A DNA stretch of 64,000 bases from the human T2T-CHM13v2.0 reference genome, Homo sapiens. The translations under genes were made by a program, and so were the position numbers. The notes under the pieces were generated by a model. That model was given only the letters and a program-made list of their open reading frames with translations, was not told where the DNA came from and did no database searches. The stretch lies in assembly GCF_009914755.1 (NCBI RefSeq), contig NC_060925.1; one strand, written 5' to 3'. Positions 1-12,852 of the stretch are shown here, one piece after another (position 1 is the stretch's first letter; every line of letters begins with the position of its first letter).

Positions 1-567
1 CTTATAAATTATTTAAGCAAACCAATATTGGACATTTCTGTTGTTCTGAAAAATCCCCTATTATTTCCCTGACATTGGACCATGTCTTTCTTTATTCAAT
101 TGTGTCAAAATCTCTTCTAAGAACAGAAGATGAAGGGCAGATTGATTTACTCAGCTTTTAATTAATTTCCTAGATTCTAGTTATCATTCATGTATTTCAG
201 CTCTATTTTGTCACATTTTTCCTACTTATAATACCTGATCCTTTGATAAACTGAATCTGTAAAGCACATAAAAAAACTAAACTGTCAATACTTCTTCCTA
301 GTTTTGCTGAACCTGCAGAGCTTTATTTGTGGATACAACACCTTTCAGAATGCCATCCTCATTCCCAAACACTCCCTTCATTCAACACCCCACCGTCACT
401 AGACTGAGTCCACCATTTTCTGAGAACTGTTGTTTATGAATCAGTGTAGAAAAAAGGAGAATGCTGCCCCAAAAAGCATCACAAAGTTATGGCTGGTAGA
501 GCTTCATGGTCTCCAAGCCAGGAAAGCGAATGGGAAAAAGGGTTTCATAAGAGCCAGCCAAATGCCA

Positions 568-868
568 ATTTTTTTTCTTTTTATTTTTTCTTTTTTTTTT
601 TTTAATGAGACAGAGTCTCGCTCTGTTGCCCAGGCAGGCTGGAGTGCAGTGGTGCAATCTCAGCTCACCACAACCCCCACTTCCTAGGTTCAAGCGATTC
701 TCATGCCTCAGCTTTCCAAGCAGCTGGGATTACAGGCATGTGCCACCACACCCAGCTAATTTTTTGTATTTTCAGTAGAGATGAGGTTTCACCATGTTGG
801 CCAGGCTGGTCCCAGTACTTTGGGAAGCCAAGGCAGGCAGATCACTTGAAGTCAGGAGTTCAAGACCA
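568..868 (-). mobile_element. AluS element, 5'-truncated with inverted 5' segment (811-868 in + orientation)
   Basis: Poly-T 569-603, antisense Alu body to 811, then sense left-arm piece CCCAGTACTTTGGG...CAAGACCA; flanking direct repeat CCAAATGCCA at 558-567 and 866-875. Confidence 0.93.
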
Positions 869-1174
869 AATGCCATCTTTAAAATAAAAACCTGCCATGC
901 TATTTGATTAGCCATTAGTATCCCTTCTTCCTTAATATTTTTTATTTTAAATTCCTTTTTGATGTCTTTATTCATCCAAAAAGGGTAATATTTAATATTT
1001 AAATGTTATAGCAAAAATATGTACAGTATATGATATATCCTCAATCACTTTCAGCTGCCCTATTCGGACCTTCTAGGATAGTTTTAATAGCATCATACTT
1101 AACTCTTCGTTCAAATTCAGTCCCCAAAAATGTAAGCAGTGGGAGGGGTCTAGACACATACTGTTGCTGAAAGC

Positions 1175-1395
1175 CTCAGGCTCCAAAGCCAGACTGACAT
1201 GGGTTCAAATCCCAGTCCTACCTCTTACTGCTAAGTAACAAGGGGCAAATTGCCTCGCCCAAATGAGTCTCTGTGTCTCGTCTGTGACATGTGGATAACA
1301 GTACCTACCCCACAGAGGAGCTGCAAAGAGTAAATGAATAAAGCATGAGTGGTATGTCTCAGCACTGTGCCTTATAAGTGTTAGATATCACGATT
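1175..1395 (+). mobile_element. MIR SINE
   Basis: GGCTCCAAAGCCAGACT..GGGTTCAAATCCCAG..ACAGTACCTACC..TAAATGA resembles the MIR core. Confidence 0.8.
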
Positions 1396-1450
1396 ACTAT
1401 CATTCTCTGTTGCATCCTTACTCTCCTGAGGAAGTCAAAGTGCAAGTTAG

Positions 1451-1619
1451 AGCCAGGTGCTGTGGCTCTTTCCTGTAGTCCCAGCGATGCGGGAGGCTGA
1501 GGTGGCAGATCTCTGGAGCCCAAGAGATTGAGGCTTCAGTGAGTCATGATTGCTTCACTGCACTCCAGCCTGGGTAAGAAAGAAAGACCCTGTCTCAAAA
1601 AAAAAAAAAAAAAAAAAAT
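1451..1619 (+). mobile_element. Alu monomer (FRAM-like)
   Basis: Single Alu arm ending GACCCTGTCTC plus poly-A; TSD AGTGCAAGTTAGA on both sides. Confidence 0.88.
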
Positions 1620-2726
1620 AGTGCAAGTTAGATCTCAATCTTTGAAAAATGGCAGGCACAGAGCTATTGAGCCAGCCCAGGAACAGAAGCCCCACTGCAG
1701 TCATGTGATGTGCCTGAATGTTTATTCAACCCAAGACCAGGAAATCTCCAAAGCAAATACTTCTGAACTTCCTAAACTCTACATTTTCAATTCTTAGGGA
1801 AATTAGTGTATATATACATTAGTGTATACAATATTCTGAATTAAAGTGCCTCTCAATATTTATAGCTCTTCAGCACACTGAATATGCCCACCAAAAAAAT
1901 GTTAATTTTGATGATAAATTATTTCATAAAAGTGAAACAAAATTTGTCAAACTGACCCTAGAAATAAAAGTTGTATTAGAAATGAGGATGTGGCTCAAAG
2001 TCTTCAAACATCTTTTTTATTTCAAAGGCACTTGGGCAGCAGCAACCTGTGAATTCAGGGATGGGCTAAAGAATATTCTGCTGTCCTTGGTTTTCTAGAT
2101 GTCTCAGACACTATAGGGTGAGGAAGTGACCCAAGGTATTTGTAAAGCCAGGGCTAGATGTGAACTCTAGGATCTGTCCTTCCTGGATGAATGAACTATT
2201 TGACTCTATTAGAAACCCCCAGATAAATACATACAATAAGATTAGCGTTGCTGAGAATGGTTTGGTCCACTTCAGAGAGACCCCCCTCAAAACAAATGAA
2301 TCCTTTTATAGGGAATAAAAAAGCCTTGACAGTCTCTCTTTTCTCAGACAACACCCAGCAAAGAAATGAACCCACTGAAGTCTTGACTAACACTCCTGAT
2401 TAAATCACTCCCACTGGGCAGGCCGATGCCTGAGGGGAATAAATGAGTAAGAAAACACATTACAAGCTTAGTAGTTTTGACATGTGGCTTTTCCTGAATC
2501 TTTAAAGGAATCTATTTCAAAATAATGATACCTATAAATGTGAAACAATTTGAAACATGAACTAATTATTCTATATAATGCCTTTAGATGCCAGGAAGCA
2601 TTAATATCTCTTCTTGTTTGAGTGATGAAACACATATGTGAAGTTGGCTGCCTTAAGGCACCACAGTTAATAGACATTAAGACCCAGTAACATCCAGAGT
2701 AGATTGTACGGGTCAAATCACACAGC

Positions 2727-3294
2727 TGTTGCAGGAATGGAGTCCTGATCCAGACCCCAAGAGAGTGTTCTTGGATCTTGGATCTCATGCAAAAAAGAAT
2801 TCAGGGCAAGTCCATAGACGAAAGTGAAAGGAAGTTTGTTAAGAAAGTAAAGGAATAAAAGAATGGCTACTCCACAGAGCAGCCCGATGCCTGCTGGTTG
2901 CCCATTTTTATGGTTATTCCTTGATTATATGCTAAACAAGGGGTGGATTCCTCATGCCTCCCCTTTTTAGACCATACAGGGCAACTTCCTGACATTGCCA
3001 TGGCATCTGTAAACTGTCATGGCATAAATTGTTATGGTGGGAGTAAAGCAGTGAGGACGATCAGAGAGGTCACTTTCGTGGCTATCTTGGTTTTGGTGGA
3101 GTTTTAGCCAGCTTCTTTACTGCAACATGCTTTATCAGCAAGGTCTTTATGGCCTGTATCTTGTGCTGACCTCCTATCTCATCCTGTGATTTAGAATGCC
3201 TTAACCATCTGAGAATGCAGCCCAGTAGGTCTCAGCCTCATTTTAACCAGCTCCTATTCAAGATGGAGTTGCTTTGGTTCACACGCCTCTGACA
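2727..3294 (-). mobile_element. MER41 (A-type) solo LTR, ERV1
   Basis: TG...CA ends, 4-bp TSD CAGC, GATCCAGACCCCAAGAGAG and CAAGATGGAGTTGCT..CCTCTGACA motifs; lacks the tandem TTCnnnGAA block of MER41B. Confidence 0.85.
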
Positions 3295-3721
3295 CAGCTG
3301 CCCTATCTCTGTTTCCAAAGGCTTGAAGGAAACTCCAGTCAATTAGGAAATACGTCTATGTGGCTGTAATGCTGCAGGAGGTGGGAGACCTGCTGACCTG
3401 CACTGTTCACCATACAGTAGCTTCACACTCATATGATGACCCTTCAAAGACTGGGAGTCACAGGTTTACAGTTTCCCCAGTTTGCTGGAATTCAAGTGGG
3501 TATCACAATGGCTTATCACCTTGGTACCCCACCTATGTAAAATTCAAAACATAATAGATCCTTATGTTCTCAGAAAATCCACCCCTTAGATAATCCTTCC
3601 CTATGGCTTAGACATCCTGTTTAATCAGCAGACAAAACCAGTTGAAGCATGAACCTGTTCTGACCCCCAAGGAAGCACCACTTTTCTAATACTGTGCTAG
3701 CAATATTTTCCACCTATGGAA

Positions 3722-3723
3722 TT

Positions 3724-3770
<47 letters not shown>

Positions 3771-3772
3771 TT
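3722..3772. repeat. (TTTA)n microsatellite
   Basis: Direct reading. Confidence 0.97.
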
Positions 3773-4100
3773 CATCACTGAAACAAACGTTTCCTGAGCT
3801 CCAGACACTGTTCTAGGCACTACAAATATAGCAGTAAACAAGAAAGTCAAAATCTCTTCCTGTGAGCCACACACTCTAGGGGGAGAAAAATACTCAACAG
3901 ATAAATAAACAGTATCATGGAGGCGGAAAGACCAATAAGAAAAATAAAGCAAGATAAGAGACTAGAAAGTGACCTGGAACAGAGATAAAGAGGACTTCTT
4001 TCTCAAACAGACTGGTCAAGGAAGAACTTTGAGGAAGAACATTTGAGCAGAGACCTTAATGAAGTGAGGGAGATAATGACTGTCAGCAACTTGGTGGAAA
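3770..4100 (-). mobile_element. L2 3' fragment
   Basis: CCAGACACTGTTCTAGGCACT..ATATAGCAGTAAACAAGA..ACATTTGAGCAGAGACCT typical of antisense L2. Confidence 0.75.
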
Positions 4101-5773
4101 GTTTTTCTGATTCTTTTTTATGCATACAAATACACAAACTGTTTTCTCGCAAAAATTGGAACATACTATATCAATTTTGTTGTAAACTTCCATAATTTAT
4201 TTCAGTAATCTACCAACTGTTGGGAATTTAGTTTGTCTCAACATACTTGAATTTATAAGAAGAATCAACTGAAAATTAATTACATATGAAATAGATAATA
4301 AAGACGTTAATAACTAAAGAGGCTAAAGGCTGGAAAAATAGATGATACATCCAGAGATCACTGTCATGTTGACTAGACTGCTTGTAGCCAATTACTGTAC
4401 TTCAACCAGAACAGCACTTTACAGTAACTGTGGATTCTGCTACTGTTTCCCACACCTGTAAGTGCCACTGTCACCTCTATCATCTCTCATTAATGGAGAA
4501 TCTATGATCCACTCCAACATGCAAGAAGTAATTCAAAGCCTATTGTTCTCAGAACCAGGAAACAAGAAAGAACATCTGAGCAGAAAACATTATCTGGCTC
4601 CTCTCCTTAAAGAGACAAATCCTTTGCTGATAACAAAAAACACCTGGAAACTTCCTAACCTTATGAGATTTCACCACCATCTGACTTCTGCCTTCATGGA
4701 TTATCCCATGTTCCATCTACTCTCTTCCAAACAATTAACTGCTCATCTGCATCCCAGACTTAAGATTTTAAGAAGATAAACTAGACACATGGCACAAGAA
4801 GTACTGAATTCCCAAGGGGGCACAATCTGCTCCCTGCTTAGTACAATGATGAGGATATGAGTTGGAAGAGGAGTCATGGAACCCAGCCACTGTATTCTCT
4901 CTTAAGGAATCAGAGCTTTTTAAGAAAGCCTAGGCTCTACTGCTCCCACTATAGAAAGCCTACAGAAAGAGGAATAGTACTTCCTGCTCATAGCTTTAAG
5001 TGAGCTAACTCACTAGGCAGTTGACCCAACCTCTTACCTCCCCCCACTTGCCAGTCCTTACTACTATACTAAATTTTTTTGACCTGTATTTAAGGAACCT
5101 AGCCCACCTCTGTGGTTGCCTTTTGTCCCCTCTTATTTCAGCCTAAACTGGCTGCCCAGGACTTGACTGGCTCAATGCTGGTAAAATCTGGCAGTCTGCC
5201 AAGTCAATAGCAGCAGGATAATAGCTACTATTGGGTCTCCCTGCCTCAAGATGGGAGGCAAAATATAGGAGGACTGCAGGAAGCAACAGGTCCTTCTGCA
5301 AACAGAAGACCTGTAAAAGACAGAGGCACAGAAGTCAGGATAGGGGCTGTTGGGGGTTGGGGGCAGGGCCACGATGCATCTAGCTTTACTAGTTGCCACA
5401 GCCTTGTGTCATTATGATAAAAAAGCAGTGCTGAGGAAAGTTCTTGCTTAGGGTCTAGTAAAGAGCTCACATGGATGGGCACTGACGTGATTCTCACCAT
5501 ATAGTAATCCATTTATTAGTGCTTCTCTATGAGAATGTGTGACTTTTCTCTAAAAGAATTGACATGCTACTCTCAAAAATCAATATCAACGCATTCTATA
5601 TCAGCTGGATGACCAGTGACCAAATTTGTTTATGCTCATGACTGCATCAATGCTAACAGGCATAGGTTTTTAATTGTCTCAGAACAAATAAGAAGAATTT
5701 AATATGTAAGTGATGAGCAACAAAGAGAAGGCTAAACAAAGTGTTTGTAAGAGTGCAAACAGAGAAAAGTTGT

Positions 5774-7855
5774 CAAGACAGGGATGCGCTCTATCACCAC
5801 TCCTATTCAATATAGTGTTGGAAGTTCTGGCCAGGGAAATCAAGCAAGAGAAAGAAATAAAGGGTATTCAATTAGGAAAAGAGGAAGTCAAATTGTCCCT
5901 GTTTGCAGACGACATGACTCTACATTTAGAAAACCCCATTGTCTCAGCCCAAAATCTCCTTAAGCTGATAAGAAACTTCAGCAAAGTCTCAGGATACAAA
6001 ATCAATGTGCAAAAATCACAAGCATTCTTATACATCAATAACAGACAAACAGAGAGCCAAATCATGACTGAACTCCCATTCACAATTGCTACAAAGAGAA
6101 TAAAATACCTAGGAATCCAACTTACAAGGGATGTGAAGGACCCCTTCAAGGAGAACTACAAACCACTGCTCAATGAAATAAAAGAGGACACAAACAAATG
6201 GAAGAACATTCCATGCTCATGGATAGGAAGAATCAATATTGTGAAAATGGCCATACTGCCCAAGGTAATTTATAGATTCAATGCCATCCCCATCAAGCTA
6301 CCAATGACTTTCTTCACAGAATTGGAAAAAACTACTTTAAAGTTCATATGGAACCCAAAAAGGACCTGCATTGCCAAGTCAATCCTAAGCCAAAAGAACA
6401 AAGCTGGAGGCATCATGCTACCTGACTTCAAACTATACTACAAGGCTACAGTAACAAAAACATCATGTTACTGGCACCAAAACAGAGATCTAGACCAACA
6501 GAACATAACAGAGGCCTCAGAAGTAACACCACACATCTACAACCATCTGATCTTTGACAAACCTGACAAAAACAAGAAATGGGGAAAGGATTCCCTATTT
6601 AATAAATGGTGCTGGCAAAACTGGCTAGCCATATGTAGAAAACTGAAACTGGATCCCTTCCTTACACCTTATATAAAAATTAATTCAAGATGGATTAAAG
6701 ACTTAAATGTTAGACGTAAAACCATAAAAACCCTAGAAGAAAACCTAGGCAATACCATTCAGGACATAGGCATGGGCAAGGACTTCATAACTAAAACACC
6801 AAAAGCAATGGCAACAAAAGCCAAAATTGACAAATGGGATCTAATTAAACTAAAGAGCTTCTGCACAGCAAAAGAAACTACCATCAAAGTGAACAGGCAA
6901 CCTACAGAATGGGAGAAAAATTTTGCAATCTACCCATCTGACAAAGGGCTAATATCCAGAATCTACAAAGAACTTAAACAAATTTACAAGAAAAAAATCA
7001 AACAACTCCATCAAAAAGTGGGCAAAGGATATGAACAGACACTTCTCAAAAGAAGTCATTTATGCAGCCAACAGACATATGAAAAAATGCTCATCATCAC
7101 TGGTCATCAGAGAAATGCAAATCAAAACCACAATGAGATACCATCTCACACCAGTTAGAATGGTGATCATTAAAAAGTGAGGAAACAACAGGTGCTGGAG
7201 AGGATGTGGAGAAATAGGAACGCTGTTACACTGTTGGTGGGAATGTAAACTAGTTCAACCATTGCGGAAGACAGTGTGGCAATTCCTCAAGGATCTAGAA
7301 CTAGAAATACCATTTGACCCAGCGATCCCATTACTGGGTATATACCCAAAGGATTATAAATGATGCTGCTATAAAGACACATGCATACGTATGTTTACTG
7401 TGGCACTATTCACAATAGCAAAGACTTGGAACCAACCCAAATGTCCATCAATGATAGACTGGATTAAGAAAATGTGTCACATATACACCATGGAATTCTA
7501 TGCAGCCATAAAAAAGGATGAGTTCATGTCTTTTGCAGGGACATGGATGAAGCTGGAAACCATCATTCTGAGCAAACTATCACAAGGACAGAAAACCAAA
7601 CACTGCATGTTCTCACTCATAGGTGGAAATTGAACAATGAGAACACATGGACACAGGAAGGGGAACATCACACACCGGGGCCTGTCGTGGGGTGGGGGTA
7701 GGGGGTAGGGATAGCATTAGGAGAAATACCTAATGTAAATGATGAGTTAATGGGTACAGCAAACCAACACGGCAGATGTATACATACGTAACAAACCTGC
7801 ACGGTGTGCACATGTACCCTAGAACTTAAAGTACAATAATAAAAAAAAAAAAAAA
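5774..7855 (+). mobile_element. 5'-truncated L1PA (PA5/6-like): ORF2 RT/C-terminal part, 3'UTR, poly-A
   Basis: ORF 5710-7158 encodes [24 protein letters not shown]; G-rich 3'UTR tract; TSD AAAAGTTGT at 5765-5773 and 7852-7860. Confidence 0.97.
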
Positions 7856-8149
7856 GTTGTGTAAAAGAAAATCAGCTCATCACACAGCACACATTCATGA
7901 AGTCACACTGATGCCAAGAGAACAGGAGTGGTTTGGTACCATGGTCTTATTGCGAGCAGCTTTATACTTTCATCAAACTGGCATCTATTAGTTAAATTAA
8001 TGTTAGGGGTTTGTTTTCACTTAAATTTAAAATTTGTTATGTAAGAGTTATTATTATAAGAAATTTATAATTGGTTTTAATGTCTGTACGTAAGTAACCA
8101 GATAATTAAAATAATTTAAGTAAACATCACAGATTCTCAAGAATTATTT

Positions 8150-8600
8150 TTCATGTACAGAAAGCTCATTAAGATTATTTATTGCAGCATTGTTTATAAT
8201 TGCAAAGCATCAGGTGTATCCCAAATTCCGAATATCTATCTATAGCATACTGATTAAATAACTATGGTGCAGCCATACAGTGGAATATGGTACAACTGCC
8301 AGAAAAAATAAGATAACATGAAGCAATCTCCAAGATATTTGTTCAGTAAAAAAAAGTACAGAACAGTGTAAATAATATACTGCATTAGGTGTAGAAAAGG
8401 TACAAATAAGAGTCTACATTTATTTTTGTTTGCATTTACATTTTTACAAAGCACTACAAGGACACTCAATAAACTATTAAAAGTGGATATCAACGAAACC
8501 AGACAGGAGGACTTCTCACTGTGTGCCTGGTTATATAGTGTCCATTTTTAAGCCATACAAAAGTTATATACTGAAAAACTAAAACTAAATTTATAAACAA
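8150..8600 (+). mobile_element. Ancient L1M (ME/MC-type) 3' remnant
   Basis: TTATTGCAGCATTGTTTATAAT..AACTATGGTGCAGCCATACAGTGGAATAT. Confidence 0.65.
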
Positions 8601-9304
8601 AAAGTAAAATAGTGTGTCTATCTGTTAGCCAAGATTAAGAAACACTCAGTAAATTGTTGGAGTGAGTATGTAGATTAAGGTGTTTTAGAAGTTCAAGAAA
8701 AAAAACACATTTATAGATTCACATATTAAAGCCACCAAAATCTATTGAGGATCGTGGGCTGTCTCATTCATGAATAGCTCATTCATGACCCTGGATGAAC
8801 TTTAAACTCCGGTTTGAATGCATTGGTTTCAGCGCAACATGCTGCCTGACAAGGTATCTCAGTAGGGTCCATTTCAGCCGCTAGGTAGGCTTAGTTAATG
8901 CTAGATACTGTGATAGACATTGCCTGTGACTGTTTCAGGGAGTTACACAGACTGCATTCAAGTATTTCCTTTATTGTATCTTGATGTCTTTAGTTTTGGA
9001 TTTTAGGAGCAAACTTCAAAGAGCACGGTTTTTTTGTTTGTTTGTTTGCTTGTTTTTGTCTTTCTCCAGATATCCAAGGGGTGCCCTTGCATCTCTGCAG
9101 TAATGACCCCACACAACTCAGGATAAGAGTAACAACAACAGCCAGTCATTGGGAAAAGAAAGTTGGTGGTAGAAAAGGAAGAGAAGACAACCGTTGGAGT
9201 GGCTTCGACCCCAAAGTGAAGCTTCCACTGGAAAGTTAAAGACATCCCCTCAGCATATTCCCCACCCCAGCTGTGGAGAGCAAGGAAGGGTCTTCAGGGC
9301 AATA

Positions 9305-9540
9305 GAACATTAGTAGGTCAGATCAGAGTCTGAGGGAAGTGGGTTTGCATCGTGGCTCTATTACTTTCTAGCAGGGTAACATTGTGCTACTCATCTAACT
9401 TCTCTGGGCTTATGTTTGCTTACTAGGAAAACAGGGACTATCACGGTACAGTCCTCATAAGGCTGCTGTGGGAATAAATAATCTGTGTAAAATACTGAGC
9501 ACAGTAATAACTAGCACAGATAAATGTCAGCAGCTATTAA
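9305..9540 (+). mobile_element. MIR SINE
   Basis: GGGTTTGCATCGTGGCTCTATTACTTTCTAGC..TAACTTCTCTGGGC..CCTCATAAGGCTGCTGTG. Confidence 0.7.
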
Positions 9541-9929
9541 TGTGTGATTGACAAAATCATTAGTAGAATAATTCTTCAAACACCTAAATTAAAACAAAGT
9601 TGTTTAAAATATGTGTACTACTCTGTAAAACCCAGCATACTCTGACTGAAAGCCAGAAGATAGCAGCATTCTGTAGAGGGCGTTCCATACCTACCCCGAA
9701 CTCCAGACCATGACTATGGTCATCAGGTGGGCGCTTACTGGCCCAGGTATTTGACTGCATCAGTGACACATGAGTTCTTTGTGAGACAACAGAGGGATTA
9801 GCTGCAAATGATGGAATCCACACTTTGGGATAAGAATTATCTATGGTTTATTTTACAGTTAAATCAAGCATGAATGCCGTATTTTCCAGGTCTGCTGTTG
9901 TACAGAGCTAAATTAAGCAAAAAAGAGGG

Positions 9930-10340
9930 CATTTTGATAAGCATGCAGGACTAATAGGCCAGGCACAGTCTAGCCTCAAGGACTGGCTCCAGAAACTGGA
10001 AAACTGCTTGAAACCCAGGCAGGACCCTCTCCCTCTCAGGTCTCTGTTCTGACAGCTGTTTCCTTCTCTACTTTCTGCCTAGAGCAGCTTCCTCTGCTCC
10101 CAGCCTGCAAGGTAGAATATGGCTGCCCATAGCTTCCCAGCAAAAGTTGCAGGTCCAACACATGAGGGAAGTTAAATGTTCCTCAGTTTCTGTTCTAAAT
10201 TCCCAGTGAAGGGTCTGTAATTGACTCACCTGGGTCAAATTCTCATCTCTAAAGCAAGTAACTATGGCTTTCTTCAGAGGGCAGATTTGTTTTATACTTA
10301 CATGGCTGCTGGAAACCCACTCCTTGAATTGAGAGGGGCC
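9930..10340. mobile_element. Probable MLT1 (ERVL-MaLR) LTR remnant
   Basis: ATATGGCTGCCCATAGCT..TCCCAGTGGAAGGGTCTGTAATTGACTCACCTGGGTCA pattern; boundaries approximate. Confidence 0.45.
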
Positions 10341-11189
10341 AGTTAAGATAATTGCTAAGATCTGGACAGATGTCTCCAAAAATGCTCACAGTAAATCATA
10401 TAGAGGGGCTCTGATTTTCATGCAGCACACAGAGACAAAAACCAAGTTTCTTCTGTGAAATCTTAGAAATCTACTTCTTTATAAAAAGATTACAATAAAT
10501 TCTTGGTCTATTTTTGTTCACTCAAAAGATAAGTGCTGAGTCCTCTTTAACTCAATTTATAATCCTCTTATTCTAAAGTTTTCTGCTATGCCTCTGCCAC
10601 GTATTTCCTTAGGGATGGCTTTCTCTACCCCTGCATGGCCCTGAGGCTACGTCTATCTCCTCTGAGCTCTGTCCCAGCTATCTGCGTTCTCCAGATACCG
10701 CTTTGTTCTCTCTTCTGCCCCTGGCTCCCAGGGTAGCTTCCTGATTGGACCTGAAATGCAAATGATGCCTTTCCACTTCCTTTGTAACACCCACACATGG
10801 CACAGTTAGTCCACTCCTCACTCCATTACCTATGTGTACTGCAGATGCTTCAAATTAAAGAAATGATGACCTCATCTTAAAATCTTCTCAATCACCTTCA
10901 TGTCAGGATGACAGCAAACACAACAAAGAATATGATGTTGGAAGCATATTCTTAGGCTTATGGACTTTTTGAATTTGGGTATTTCTATGCCATGGACTAA
11001 AGAAACTTAAAAACTGAGACCAGGGACGATGTGATGTTTTATACAGACAGCAATTTCAGAATATTTTACTACATTTTCCAACTTGAACTACTGTAGGAGA
11101 TAGATTCTGACCAAGTGGCAGTGATTCACTAGATAACAACTAGATGGGCAAACTCCATACTTAGCATAGGTGTCCCCTCCCCTTGGCAT

Positions 11190-11365
11190 TACTGCGCATA
11201 CCATCTTTAGAAACATAGTACAGTATCTTGCAGTGTATTGTCATTGTCTGTTTTCTACTACCCATTAAAGGGCAGAGACCATGTCTTTTCCTCTTTTTAT
11301 CTCCACCACCTAGAAAAATAAGCATCACATAGTAGGAGCTCTATAAACATTTATTTGATTAATGA
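11190..11365 (+). mobile_element. L2 3' end
   Basis: AGGGCAGAGACCATGTCTT..CACATAGTAGGAGCTCTATAAACATTTATTTGATTAATGAA. Confidence 0.7.
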
Positions 11366-12083
11366 AAAAAAAGCAATAAGAATTCCAAACACAAAGGAAT
11401 TTTGTAAGAAGCAGATTACAATTAATAAGCAGATGAAAGTAAAGTGAATCCCACTGAGTAAAATAAGGTGCATTTGAGATACATTTTTAAAAACACCACC
11501 TCAGCCATGTATAATTTATGAATATTGAGCACTCTCTGATAGGTAGGTAGGGCCATGTAACTGCTTCAAAACAATGAAGTCACCTAGGTGTTTTTATAAT
11601 GTGACAAGAATATTTCTCTTCATTGCTGACAAGTATTTACATTTTTCCACTGTGGGGTTAACCTAATCTTGTACCTTGTCATTTTCTCTCTCCTGCAGAG
11701 GTAAATCCTGTCTATAAATGTATACAACCATAATCCCTTGAGCCATGCAAAGACAGCTTGCCAGTTTTGACTGTGTAACATCTATTTAATAGCTCAAGGG
11801 GTAGCTGACAACGAAGTAATTAAGAAAAAACAGATTTCACAAGCCAATAAAAATTCTCCCCTTAGCACAGCTTGAGAACTACAAAGGTAGGACTGAAATC
11901 TAGAGATAAATATTAGATAATTAGCTCCTAAGCCCTTTCAAAATGAAGCTTTTTCTAAAAATTGAGCTTAAAGCCACGCTATATAATTAATATCAGTTAA
12001 ATCTAGCAACCTTATTTCTAAGCTTTTGTAATTTTAGAAAAGCTGGCATTAGATGACCAACAAATAAAAAATATATTTACCTT

Positions 12084-12531
12084 TAAGAAAAGAAAAATAG
12101 AGCAATTTGAGCTATGTGAGCTATGCAAAATTTATCAGGCCCAGAGAGACATGAGTGTGGGACTTCATTCGGGCTTCCCCCTACCCATGCCCAGAGGCAA
12201 ATGTTAAAAGGCATTTTTGTTCCTGACTAGAAACAAAAAAAAAAAAAAGCATTTTTGTTCCTCACTCACTATTGTCATTTTTCTAGAATTTGTGATACAA
12301 AGAACAATGTATAGCCAATGGATAGCTTATGTTATTTTAATGTAAATTCCTGTTAAACAATGTAGAAACTGCTTTTTCTCTTTTCCTTAAAAGCCCACTG
12401 TAACTGCTGCTAATCAAAGAATGGATTAAGGGCAACTTGAATGTATGCTCTTGGGTGATCATCCTCAAGCTTTGGGCTCAAATAAACTCTGCTTAATCAT
12501 ATTTTCTGAATTTCATTATTTAAGGTTGACA
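12084..12531 (+). mobile_element. MER4-group ERV1 solo LTR (MER65-like)
   Basis: Ends CCTCAAGCTTTGGGCTCAAATAAACTC..TTTAAGGTTGACA; 4-bp TSD CCTT; CCAAT box and AATAAA. Confidence 0.75.
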
Positions 12532-12852
12532 CCTTTAAAGTACTGTATTCTTTCAGTATATGTGATTGTGAGCCTACATTCCAGACACTATCCTTAGCCC
12601 TGGAGTTACAAAGGTGAATAAGACATGGCCTCTGCTCTCAGGAAGCTTACAATCTAGGGCAAATGAGCTTGTGATTCAATTTTTATAATAATTATTCAAA
12701 ATTGAGGAACCCTGGATTGTCATAGACCTCTGGAAGTTTATTCCCTATATCCTAACAGGTCTCATCTAAACTAGTCCTGATGACTGCACATGCTTATTTC
12801 TCTTGGTGAGAACTTAGAAAAATATAGTAAATGTATACTTCCCTACTATTAA

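Noticed and set aside
430-975. Short ORFs overlapping Alus here and elsewhere (e.g. 23263, 24568, 32000, 38060, 52590)
   Set aside because: Standard Alu translation artefacts
2349-2446. Plus-strand acceptor/donor pair (TTTTCTCAG...GTAAGA)
   Set aside because: Stops in all three frames, weak donor context and no partner exons identified
2727-3294. MER41 as an interferon-inducible STAT1 enhancer
   Set aside because: The tandem GAS block of MER41B is absent in this copy
5560-8130. Possible hAT/Charlie DNA-transposon fossil split by the L1 at 5774
   Set aside because: Only vague resemblance; no terminal inverted repeats or TSD identified
8763-8961. CTCATTCATGA tandem and TTGAATGCA/TGCATTCAA inverted ends suggesting a structured RNA or MITE
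   Set aside because: A 9-bp match is compatible with chance; no convincing snoRNA boxes or continuous stem
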